IMG/VR virus record: IMGVR_UViG_3300048918_000059
DNA from: a virus
Reading direction: 5' to 3' (one strand)
Length of the DNA stretch: 51,796 nucleotides
Under the pieces are notes generated by a model, which was not told where the DNA came from, ran no database searches, and saw only the letters and a program-made list of their open reading frames with translations. Position numbers and translations under genes: made by a program. This document shows, one piece after another, positions 7,822 through 14,610 of this stretch (positions are counted from its first letter, which is position 1; each line of letters starts with the position of its first letter).

Positions 7822-8345
7822 TTATGGGGTACAACTTTTTCTCTGCCGTGATTTAAATTATAACCGTATTTAAATTCAGCATTGCGCCTAGCATTATAAG
7901 CTTCATCGAAGGTCGCGTGAGTTCCTAAACCTTTAGCTTTACCTCCGATACTAATAAATGCATAAAACATTCCACTAGGTCTAATTCTAATGCCCGTGTA
8001 TCCGCTTGTATTATTTTTAGGCGTAGACCTATTTCTATTACTTCTAACAATATCTACATTTGTAAGATTTTTCCAACGATTATTCTGCGGATTGCCATCT
8101 TTATGGTCAACAATTTCAGGGTCTTCGCCTGTCATCCATTTCCAAATAACACGATGTTTTCGAACATCTTTCTTTAGCAATTTGCCTTCAAAATAACCTT
8201 TTTCTGTAATTTTTGTAAAAGCTTCTTTGCCAATCATTGAAGGCCAAAAGCCTTTCATATTAGACCGCTCCCGCCACGTTAGAGAACCTGTTTCCGGGTC
8301 ATAGTCTAGAAGTTCGCGTAAGATATTCTGTGGCGGTAGTGGCAT
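7815..8345 (-). CDS. free-standing HNH homing endonuclease with AP2-type DNA-binding domain
   Basis: 176 aa. HNH_3-type motif VDHKDGNPQNNRWKNL. AP2-like segment SGYTGIRIRPSGMFYAFISIGGKAKGLGTHATFDEAYNARRNAE. It is clearly more AT-rich than the adjacent genes. Confidence 0.85.
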   Translation of the reverse strand: MPLPPQNILRELLDYDPETGSLTWRERSNMKGFWPSMIGKEAFTKITEKGYFEGKLLKKDVRKHRVIWKWMTGEDPEIVDHKDGNPQNNRWKNLTNVDIVRSNRNRSTPKNNTSGYTGIRIRPSGMFYAFISIGGKAKGLGTHATFDEAYNARRNAEFKYGYNLNHGREKVVPHNL

Positions 8346-8356
8346 TTCAAACTACC

Positions 8357-9034
8357 TTAAGAATTCCAAGGGGCGGCACCGCCTGCATTAGCGGGAGCCG
8401 CAGTGCCCCCGCCCGCACCCCACGGAGCCCCGCCAGCAGGCGCAGCACCGGCACCCGGAGGCGGGCTTGCCCATTCCGCCTTAGGCTGTTCAGAAGGGCT
8501 CGGGGCCGGAGTAGCGGCAGGGGCCGCATTGGCAGGCGGCGGGCTCGCAGTCGGGGTTGCCGCACCATTGCCGTTTCCCGTTCCATGCTTCGTGCCGTTA
8601 TTGCTGTCCCAATCCTTGACTTTGCTCTTACGGGTCTTAACCACTTCGGTCTTACCGTTCGGCGTATATTCTTCTTCCACAACCTCAGTCTTGACCCAAA
8701 ACGGCTTATTGCGAAGGTTCGACGCATGATTGTCAACAGGCTTAAACTCGCCAGTTGCATGGCAGTATGCACTAAACTGGCGCTGCCCGATTTCCTGCGC
8801 CTGTGGCTTTTCGTGGAAGACGTTGATAAAGTCGTCAATCGTCTTGCCGGTGTTCGGGCCGCTAACAGCCTTGAGATACAGCGTAAGACCAAAGCCGTTC
8901 TTGTTGCCGTTCTCTGCGCCCTTGCTGTCCGCAATTACACACTGCGTCCAGCCCGGTTCCCAAACTTCACGCCCAGCCGCTGCGGGCTGTACATCCTGCC
9001 AGTTTACACCGGCGAATACGTTATTCATATCCAT
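8357..9034 (-). CDS. putative ssDNA-binding protein (DUF669-like) with Pro/Ala/Gly-rich C-terminal tail
   Basis: 225 aa, located directly downstream of the Sak4-like ATPase as in known Sak4/SSB pairs. The globular N-terminal ~150 aa is followed by a low-complexity PAG tail ending APWNS. Assignment rests on context and general resemblance only. Confidence 0.5.
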   Translation of the reverse strand: MDMNNVFAGVNWQDVQPAAAGREVWEPGWTQCVIADSKGAENGNKNGFGLTLYLKAVSGPNTGKTIDDFINVFHEKPQAQEIGQRQFSAYCHATGEFKPVDNHASNLRNKPFWVKTEVVEEEYTPNGKTEVVKTRKSKVKDWDSNNGTKHGTGNGNGAATPTASPPPANAAPAATPAPSPSEQPKAEWASPPPGAGAAPAGGAPWGAGGGTAAPANAGGAAPWNS

Positions 9035-9056
9035 TATAACTAACTCCTAAATCTGT

Positions 9057-9920
9057 TTAACGCGACCACACATCATACTTGCCGCCCGAGCCATTCCAAA
9101 TTTGCTCGGCCAAACGGTTCCATAGCATTTTACTATTAGCTTCTTCCGTCTGGCTCCTATCATACACCATCGGAATATCGTCTGTCAAATTATATCTGTT
9201 CTTTGCCGTGAAACTAGGCTGCTTTTCTACTGACAAAACATGCCCTTGCCCTGCATCCATAGCTTGGCTGAACTTTTCGCCCTTTGATACAAGGATTGGC
9301 TTACGAAGCAAACCAATCATATCCGCGCGCTGTTCTAGATATTCTCTAGGGCCATACGACTTGGCGTTCTTGGGGCTGTAGAGTAGCAAAGAAGTCTTAT
9401 CAAATTCTCCTACAGTTGGATCAACTACACGCTCGGTAAACGTATGGCACGTAATAATATGATTGGTGCCTACATTTATAGCTAGCTGATCGCACTTTTC
9501 CAGAAACTCGCCAAAGCGGTCGCGAGCCCATGCGTAAGCCTTACCGTATGCCCCATGCGCAGTTTCCATAGTCAGCTTGTTAGCAAGCTTCTTGCCCGCA
9601 AGCGCGTCAGGATCATTGCGAATAGTGAAGTCAAAAAGCAATCGCTCCATCGCCGTAGCGCTGTCCCAAACGATAGAGCCGGGAATAGGCTTACCTGCCT
9701 TGGCTACTGCAATAAGTTCGTCCAACAGGCCGATAATGGTTTCCCACTGCGTAACCAGCGGAAGCGAGTTAGTCCGCGTGCCGCCAATCTCTGTAGGCAC
9801 GTAAAGGCGGTTCGGCGCACCCGAAGCAAGCGTTGATTTGCCGATACCCTCAGAGCCCGCAATGACAATAATTTGTCCTGTTGGCTTTGGGTTTGGCTGC
9901 ATGGTTGCTAGGTAGCTCAT
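9057..9920 (-). CDS. RecA-fold ATPase, AAA_24 / Sak4-like recombination protein
   Basis: 287 aa. Walker A VIAGSEGIGKST. Size and position (next to the SSB-like gene, within the nuclease/helicase module) are typical of Sak4-type annealases. Confidence 0.65.
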   Translation of the reverse strand: MSYLATMQPNPKPTGQIIVIAGSEGIGKSTLASGAPNRLYVPTEIGGTRTNSLPLVTQWETIIGLLDELIAVAKAGKPIPGSIVWDSATAMERLLFDFTIRNDPDALAGKKLANKLTMETAHGAYGKAYAWARDRFGEFLEKCDQLAINVGTNHIITCHTFTERVVDPTVGEFDKTSLLLYSPKNAKSYGPREYLEQRADMIGLLRKPILVSKGEKFSQAMDAGQGHVLSVEKQPSFTAKNRYNLTDDIPMVYDRSQTEEANSKMLWNRLAEQIWNGSGGKYDVWSR

Positions 9921-10120
9921 GACTTATAGCCCGGTAAGAATTGAACGCCAGCGGTGTTAACCTTAGCCGGTCGCCATACATGGCCGCAATGCTGACAAGC
10001 GTGAGTATGATGCGGCTTTTCTGCAAATGGGCCTTCGTCAATATGCCTGCCATTGCACATAGGGCAGTGTAAAATCATAGGAATGATATAATCATCCGCT
10101 AAGCTGGTTTGTTCTATCAA
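9917..10120 (-). CDS. small zinc-ribbon protein (67 aa)
   Basis: HCPMCNGRH...CQHCGH. Start/stop overlaps with both neighbours. Confidence 0.65.
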   Translation of the reverse strand: MIEQTSLADDYIIPMILHCPMCNGRHIDEGPFAEKPHHTHACQHCGHVWRPAKVNTAGVQFLPGYKS

Positions 10121-10323
10121 AGCGAAACGCCTTCTACTTCCAGCACCTTAATTGTAGGCACTGTGGTTAGCCATTCGGTTCCGAACTTTTCGCAAATGCG
10201 AATATAGCCGGAGCCATGCTTAAGATAATGCTTATCAGCGCGCTTATAGAGTTCACACTGACGATTAGTAGCGCCGAAGCGGCACCATGCTAGCGCGTCA
10301 TCGATCTTTGTAATGTGTTCCAT
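10117..10323 (-). CDS. hypothetical protein (68 aa)
   Basis: Track ORF, translationally coupled to both neighbours. Confidence 0.65.
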   Translation of the reverse strand: MEHITKIDDALAWCRFGATNRQCELYKRADKHYLKHGSGYIRICEKFGTEWLTTVPTIKVLEVEGVSL

Positions 10324-10490
10324 TAGCGGTTGAACCTTTCGCCTAGCTTATGCATGGTTTGCGGAATAGCGCCAGTTTCAAGCAATGCAATAAACCGCGC
10401 TCTAATGCTAGCAGGCACATGCTCAATCTTGCCCACAGTGTATCCCATAAATTCGATACGGTCGCCGATGATTTGTAAATCGCGGTGCAT
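10323..10490 (-). CDS. hypothetical protein (55 aa, below track cutoff)
   Basis: Hand translation MHRDLQIIGDRIEFMGYTVGKIEHVPASIRARFIALLETGAIPQTMHKLGERFNR. TAATG overlaps at both ends fill the gap in the minus-strand operon. Confidence 0.6.
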   Translation of the reverse strand: MHRDLQIIGDRIEFMGYTVGKIEHVPASIRARFIALLETGAIPQTMHKLGERFNR

Positions 10491-10744
10491 TAATTATCTA
10501 GCCTTTCATCAATAGCGCGATAACACAACTCTAAAGTTGCTTCATTACCGCATCTTCCATCTTCGGGGCCATCATAATCGTCGTGGATATAGTCGTAGCC
10601 CATAAACCACCCCGCATCTATACCGTAACCACGATATGATTGGGGCAATTGCTCTCCACGATCAGGCCAGTTCCCGCACGAAACGTCAACATGCTCAAAC
10701 AATGTAGGTACTTCACGTCCGCATGTTGGACAATTAACCATCAT
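10490..10744 (-). CDS. small zinc-ribbon protein (84 aa)
   Basis: The start at MMVNCPTCGREV follows GGAG and lies just after the upstream stop (10746). The track ORF extends to 10774. Confidence 0.6.
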   Translation of the reverse strand: MMVNCPTCGREVPTLFEHVDVSCGNWPDRGEQLPQSYRGYGIDAGWFMGYDYIHDDYDGPEDGRCGNEATLELCYRAIDERLDN

Positions 10745-10745
10745 C

Positions 10746-11150
10746 CTACGCTCCATCCGGCTTAACCAACTCAATAACCGGCAAACCCGGTGTAGTGGTA
10801 AGCACTTTGTCGATAATAGTCTTATACCCTTCCGAAAGCTTGCCGTACTCGCTAATCGAAAGTTCAGGCTTCCACTTAACCAAACGGTCAGCGATGAACG
10901 GGCCTTCGTTGCCTAGTGCAGCGATTTCGTCCAAAGCCGCCCGCGTGTTAGCATCCAGCTTGTAGCTAATAGGCCGCTTTGCCTTAAGCTTGTAGCCGTT
11001 GCCAAGTTCCTTGGTGTGCTGCTTGCCTAGCTCTGCTTCGGCGAAGTCCTGCCCCCAAATCATGCCCCGCAATTCAGCGTCGCGAGCCTTCCAGAATGCG
11101 GCCTGTTCGGCTGCTTTCTGTTGCTCTAGGATTAGTTCGTCGCGGGTCAT
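10746..11150 (-). CDS. hypothetical protein (134 aa)
   Basis: Track ORF. Its start overlaps the upstream stop. Confidence 0.7.
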   Translation of the reverse strand: MTRDELILEQQKAAEQAAFWKARDAELRGMIWGQDFAEAELGKQHTKELGNGYKLKAKRPISYKLDANTRAALDEIAALGNEGPFIADRLVKWKPELSISEYGKLSEGYKTIIDKVLTTTPGLPVIELVKPDGA

Positions 11151-11344
11151 TACCGGGGCACTCCGCTAAGGAAAGCGCGAGCGGCGTCAACCGCGTCGCT
11201 GCATTCATCGTTGCGCGTTTCATCGTAAACGGAATGCCTAAGCAAATTAACAATAACTCGCTTCGCTTCCTTCATTCGACTTTCATACATTGCCAACTGC
11301 GTTTCCGCGTTAGGCGTATGATCGTGGCCGCACTCTCTAATCAT
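11150..11344 (-). CDS. hypothetical protein (64 aa)
   Basis: Track ORF. A CGATGGAGGA box lies 6 nt upstream of the ATG. Confidence 0.65.
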   Translation of the reverse strand: MIRECGHDHTPNAETQLAMYESRMKEAKRVIVNLLRHSVYDETRNDECSDAVDAARAFLSGVPR

Positions 11345-11365
11345 CTTACTTCCTCCATCGTTAGC

Positions 11366-11437
11366 TTAGTGTAGTTGTGAAAACTATGCGTCATGCGCTT
11401 TGTTCGTTCGGCTCATGGCCTATCACAACTACACTAA
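11366..11437. repeat. 15-bp perfect inverted repeat with 42-nt spacer in an intergenic gap
   Basis: TTAGTGTAGTTGTGA (11366-11380) and TCACAACTACACTAA (11423-11437). Confidence 0.9.
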
Positions 11438-11492
11438 ACCGCCTAATCGCACTAGGCTATTAGTGGCGGGATATAGCGCCCGCCTTTCGCTG

Positions 11493-11714
11493 TTAGACAA
11501 CTTCCGCTGCCATAATCTTAGCAACTTCGCGCCGCGCCGAAGCGGTAGCGCCTTTGGCTAGCGTTTCATACTCTGAAACAGGATGATCAAAATCAATTTG
11601 GTCCCACTTGGTGCGACGGTAAATTGATACAATTGCAATATCTTGAAAGCGACTAACGAAAGCGGAATATTTCTCACTTCCAGGGTTCTTAATTGCGATT
11701 GCGTTATCGTACAT
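11493..11714 (-). CDS. hypothetical protein (73 aa)
   Basis: The track ORF runs to 11756. The ATG at 11714 (MYDNAIAIK...) follows a CAGATGGAGG box by 5 nt. A GGCGGG/CCCGCC hairpin follows the stop. Confidence 0.6.
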   Translation of the reverse strand: MYDNAIAIKNPGSEKYSAFVSRFQDIAIVSIYRRTKWDQIDFDHPVSEYETLAKGATASARREVAKIMAAEVV

Positions 11715-11798
11715 CCTAGCCTCCATCTGCTCTATAACCCCTTCTCGCACGGTCAATTGATAGTGTCAAGCGAAAAAGTTAGGGGGATGCGAATTATT

Positions 11799-12080
11799 TT
11801 AACCCTGTCGCCAGCTAACTAGCGGAATAGGCAAAGCATCTAAAACAGGTGCGATTGAGTTAATATAAACCGCCCACGCTTCTGCCATCTTAGCATTGCC
11901 TACAATGGTTATTTCAATGCGCTCATTAGGGCGGTTAGGCGAGCCGTTAGCGTTTCGTCCGTAAGTTGCTGCTATAGCTTCGCGCGTAATAGCACACTTG
12001 CCGCATGTATCAAAAACGCCTTCGCTAATCTGCCAACCGCATGTAAATTCATGTAGGCAATTTGCCTGTAGATCGTTCAT
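11799..12080 (-). CDS. hypothetical protein (93 aa)
   Basis: Track ORF. ATGA overlap with the upstream gene. Confidence 0.65.
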   Translation of the reverse strand: MNDLQANCLHEFTCGWQISEGVFDTCGKCAITREAIAATYGRNANGSPNRPNERIEITIVGNAKMAEAWAVYINSIAPVLDALPIPLVSWRQG

Positions 12081-12658
12081 GCCTCCAACACCTTTCGTTC
12101 GCCCTCCAAATCACGCTCAACCGCCTGCACGCTATCAAACTTCTCAGGATAGCGCTTACGCAGCTTCGCAATGTTACGTTGCATTTCGGCATCAATCGTT
12201 GTGTCAAGTGCATCGCAGGCAATAGCAATGTACCATAGCAAATCACCTACTTCCTCGCGTAGATTGACCAAATCCAACGGCTTGCCGTAGAACAAATGCT
12301 TTTTGATAGGGTCAAGAAATTCGCCTGCTTCTGTTGCCATGCCCATTGCGGCGTGTAGGAGGCGGTTATAATCGGTTCGGTTTTCGCCGTCTTCGCAGAT
12401 ATAGCGCGGTCCCAAAGGGCGCATGGCACTCTCAGTCCGCAAAGCTTCGGTTTGATAGTCCCATGATGCCTGTAGTTCCGATTCTAGTTGCTCGGGGCAA
12501 TCTAGCATATAAAGCATGTCATTGACGAAAGCGTTTGTTTCTTCCGAACTACAATTATTATGGGTAAAACCATTAGTGCAAACGTAAGATGTTGGCTCCA
12601 AATATTCGCATGCCTTCAACTGCATTCGCTTAAAGTGCTGTAATAGTTTGTTAGTCAT
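12077..12658 (-). CDS. MazG-like nucleoside triphosphate pyrophosphohydrolase with N-terminal extension
   Basis: The C-terminal half, LHAAMGMATEAGEFLD...EEVGDLLWYIAIACDAL...RNIAKLRKRYPEKF, matches the MazG EExxE/D helix pattern. Start at 12658 (ATGA overlap, GGAGGA upstream). Confidence 0.65.
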   Translation of the reverse strand: MTNKLLQHFKRMQLKACEYLEPTSYVCTNGFTHNNCSSEETNAFVNDMLYMLDCPEQLESELQASWDYQTEALRTESAMRPLGPRYICEDGENRTDYNRLLHAAMGMATEAGEFLDPIKKHLFYGKPLDLVNLREEVGDLLWYIAIACDALDTTIDAEMQRNIAKLRKRYPEKFDSVQAVERDLEGERKVLEA

Positions 12659-12852
12659 GCAAGTTCCTCCATTCCGCGCCATAAAACATAATCATCAGGA
12701 AATGCTTTAAAGAACCTATCGCCCGGATTATGCTCGTTAGCTGCTTTTGCTAGATATTCTGCCCAAATGTCTTTTACATTTTCGGCAATAAGAATATCAG
12801 CAATGCTTTCTCTATTGAAATTATCAACAGCTACTATCTTCATTTCAATCAA
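12655..12852 (-). CDS. hypothetical protein (65 aa)
   Basis: Track ORF, AT-rich, immediately downstream of the GC-rich cassette. Confidence 0.6.
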   Translation of the reverse strand: MIEMKIVAVDNFNRESIADILIAENVKDIWAEYLAKAANEHNPGDRFFKAFPDDYVLWRGMEELA

Positions 12853-13673
12853 TCCTGCTTGGAGAGGGTGGCGAGGGCTTGGCGGGCGTTTAGAACGTCC
12901 TGCACCGTGACGAAGATTGCGGCTTCATCGGAGGGGTTCTCGGCGCCGGTGAGGTATATGACTTCCTCGCCCACGAGCGCTTCCAGCGCCTCTACCATCA
13001 CGCTATCCGGCACAGACGATGCCGGGGCGGTGAGGATAGGCGTATCGTCCAGCTCATAGGATAGCGCATCGCGCGGGCCGTCGGGGCCGTTGGGGTGCGT
13101 GTAGCTGATGGCCTCTTCGAGCGTGTATCGCCCCGCTTCTGTCTTGCTGGCGGTGTAGCCTTGCGCGTTGGGGCGATAGTAATAGCCGTCCTTTCGGATC
13201 AGGTAGCGATCCACCACCGGCGCCTGCTCTTTGGCGTGGGCGAGGCGGGTGTTCCACTGTGCGATGGCACGATAGTATGGCTTGCGGTGCTCACTATCGC
13301 TGAACGCCTTCGCACCACAGTTCTTGCAGGCGACGTGCGGCATTAGGGCCGTTTCAAAGGTGCCGATATAGACCCCTTCCCCACCACAGAACGGGCACGC
13401 CAGCATCTCTACTGGCGTATTGGGGTTAGCGGGCATGGCGATCGGCACCAAGCCGGGCCGAATTTTTCGTGACGCCTTCGCCATAACCGTAGCCGGGTGG
13501 CCGGCGTGCTGCTTGCAATACCCGTGGCCGGTCTTGGGGTCGCGATAGATTGCGGCGCGTGAGCAATATCCGTCTCCCTTCACAACGGCGTAGTGCGGGG
13601 AATAAACGGAGGGCGCCTGGAGCATTCGGCAGCACCGTTCACGCCCGTCTGCGGTCAACCTAGGCTCACTCAT
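12849..13673 (-). CDS. Lar-like (restriction-alleviation family) zinc-ribbon domain protein, GC-rich cassette
   Basis: 274 aa from the ATG at 13673 (MSEPRL...). The central segment CPFCGGEGVYIGTF...HVACKNCGAKAF...AIAQWNTR fits the Lar family pattern. The 91-aa N-terminal extension in the track overlaps the upstream gene and looks like out-of-frame junk. Confidence 0.55.
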   Translation of the reverse strand: MSEPRLTADGRERCCRMLQAPSVYSPHYAVVKGDGYCSRAAIYRDPKTGHGYCKQHAGHPATVMAKASRKIRPGLVPIAMPANPNTPVEMLACPFCGGEGVYIGTFETALMPHVACKNCGAKAFSDSEHRKPYYRAIAQWNTRLAHAKEQAPVVDRYLIRKDGYYYRPNAQGYTASKTEAGRYTLEEAISYTHPNGPDGPRDALSYELDDTPILTAPASSVPDSVMVEALEALVGEEVIYLTGAENPSDEAAIFVTVQDVLNARQALATLSKQD

Positions 13674-13953
13674 GTCCGCCAGCCTCCGCTTGCTTGCGCC
13701 ATTCAGTCGGGCAAACGAGGCACCCGGCGCGCATAGCGAAGCAGCCAAAGCCGCTGGGATCGGGCGTATATACGGAGGTGAAAAACGTATCGTCCGGGTG
13801 GACGCCGTTGTCGGTCTGGTAGCCGCGCGTAGCGAGAACCGGATGCTCCATAACAGCGTTGCGGACCTCCACCACGGTCTGCCACGGCGCGGTCGCGATG
13901 GGTTGCCAGTCGCCCCGCCCCTCCCGGCTCTGCTTTTCGTTATCAATAGTCAT
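13666..13953 (-). CDS. DUF551-like phage protein (95 aa), GC-rich
   Basis: WQPIATAP motif. An AGATGGAGGA box lies 6 nt upstream of the ATG. Confidence 0.65.
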   Translation of the reverse strand: MTIDNEKQSREGRGDWQPIATAPWQTVVEVRNAVMEHPVLATRGYQTDNGVHPDDTFFTSVYTPDPSGFGCFAMRAGCLVCPTEWRKQAEAGGHE

Positions 13954-13994
13954 CTAGTTTCCTCCATCTAAATGCCGATGATTACGCCCATCGG

Positions 13995-14120
13995 CTAGGC
14001 TTGTTTAGGTGGGTGCCTCAACGCTTCGACGTTGTACAACCTAAATGCGTAATCCGGTGCGTAGGCTAGCACTAGCCGGGCAACATCTTCGGTGGTGGGT
14101 TTCGGCCCCACGGCTCCCAT
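13995..14120 (-). CDS. possible small ORF (41 aa, below track cutoff)
   Basis: Hand translation MGAVGPKPTTEDVARLVLAYAPDYAFRLYNVEALRHPPKQA. The start lies 4 nt after the upstream stop and there is no clear SD. Confidence 0.3.
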   Translation of the reverse strand: MGAVGPKPTTEDVARLVLAYAPDYAFRLYNVEALRHPPKQA

Positions 14121-14123
14121 AAA

Positions 14124-14273
14124 TCATTCGCCTAGCCTATCGCGTTCTGCATAGGCTTCGGCTTTAGTTGCAAAAGGTCCGGCCAACCAACTTTGCATAA
14201 CCGGCGTTTTGACAACATAGCCTTGCGGCTTTTTGTAAACCTTAAGGTTGCGACCTTGGTAAAGTTTGCCCAT
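14124..14273 (-). CDS. first leftward early protein (49 aa)
   Basis: The track ORF starts at a TTG at 14333. The ATG at 14273 (MGKLYQGRNLKVYKK...) follows a CAGATGGAGGA box by 7 nt. Confidence 0.6.
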   Translation of the reverse strand: MGKLYQGRNLKVYKKPQGYVVKTPVMQSWLAGPFATKAEAYAERDRLGE

Positions 14274-14298
14274 CGCTTCATCCTCCATCTGTAGGCAC

Positions 14299-14326
14299 AC
14301 CATACGCCTTGGAAATCGGGTGTCAA
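14299..14326 (-). promoter_or_regulatory. putative leftward early promoter
   Basis: Minus-strand TTGACA (14326-14321), 16-nt spacer, then TATGGT (14304-14299). Confidence 0.45.
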
Positions 14327-14334
14327 TAGCCAAT

Positions 14335-14349
14335 GTGAATTTTTTTCAC
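14335..14349. promoter_or_regulatory. operator-like palindrome between the divergent promoters
   Basis: GTGAA-TTTTT-TTCAC, lying between the two back-to-back -35 hexamers. Confidence 0.4.
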
Positions 14350-14359
14350 CACTGAGATA

Positions 14360-14388
14360 TTGACACGCTGGCGATATTGGGCCTATCG
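14360..14388 (+). promoter_or_regulatory. putative rightward early promoter
   Basis: TTGACA (14360-14365), 17-nt spacer, then CTATCG (14383-14388). It contains a direct repeat GATATTG x2 (14356-14362 and 14373-14379). Confidence 0.4.
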
Positions 14389-14419
14389 TCCGCTCGATCC
14401 TTATAAAGAGCGTAACAGC

Positions 14420-14608
14420 ATGAATTTTATGGAAGACACGCGGACCATGCTTTTGAAGCTGGACCGAACAATAACCCTTACCGAAGTAGGCAAGCACACC
14501 GGGCTAACCGTAGCGTGGCTAAGTCGCTTTGCACGTGGCGACGTTGACAACCCCGGTGTTAGGCAAGTCGAAATTCTGCGCAATTGGCTCAATGCGCGGG
14601 AGGGCTAA
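14420..14608 (+). CDS. Cro/C1-type helix-turn-helix regulator (62 aa)
   Basis: The ITLTEVGKHTGLTVAWLSRFARGDVDNP segment is HTH-like. It is the first gene of the rightward arm. The track ORF begins at 14360, inside the promoter. Confidence 0.6.
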   Translation: MNFMEDTRTMLLKLDRTITLTEVGKHTGLTVAWLSRFARGDVDNPGVRQVEILRNWLNAREG

Positions 14609-14610
14609 GC

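Noticed and set aside
8330-9043. Long overlapping ORFs (8330..9043 +, 8347..8934 -, 8403..8729 +, 8730..9050 +) over the SSB-like gene
   Set aside because: These are shadow ORFs caused by the GC-rich Pro/Ala/Gly-coding tail. Their translations are Arg/Pro/Ala-rich low-complexity strings. The minus-strand frame 8357..9034 gives a sensible globular domain and fits the operon.
10330-10515. Only plus-strand ORF in the leftward arm
   Set aside because: A 55-aa minus-strand ORF (10323..10490) fills the same gap with TAATG coupling at both ends and is the better explanation.
13674-13946. 91-codon N-terminal extension of track ORF 12849..13946
   Set aside because: It completely overlaps the DUF551-like gene (13666..13953) in another frame, and its translation is Arg/Pro/Ser-rich junk. 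An ATG at 13673 with an ATGAGTGA overlap gives a coherent protein.
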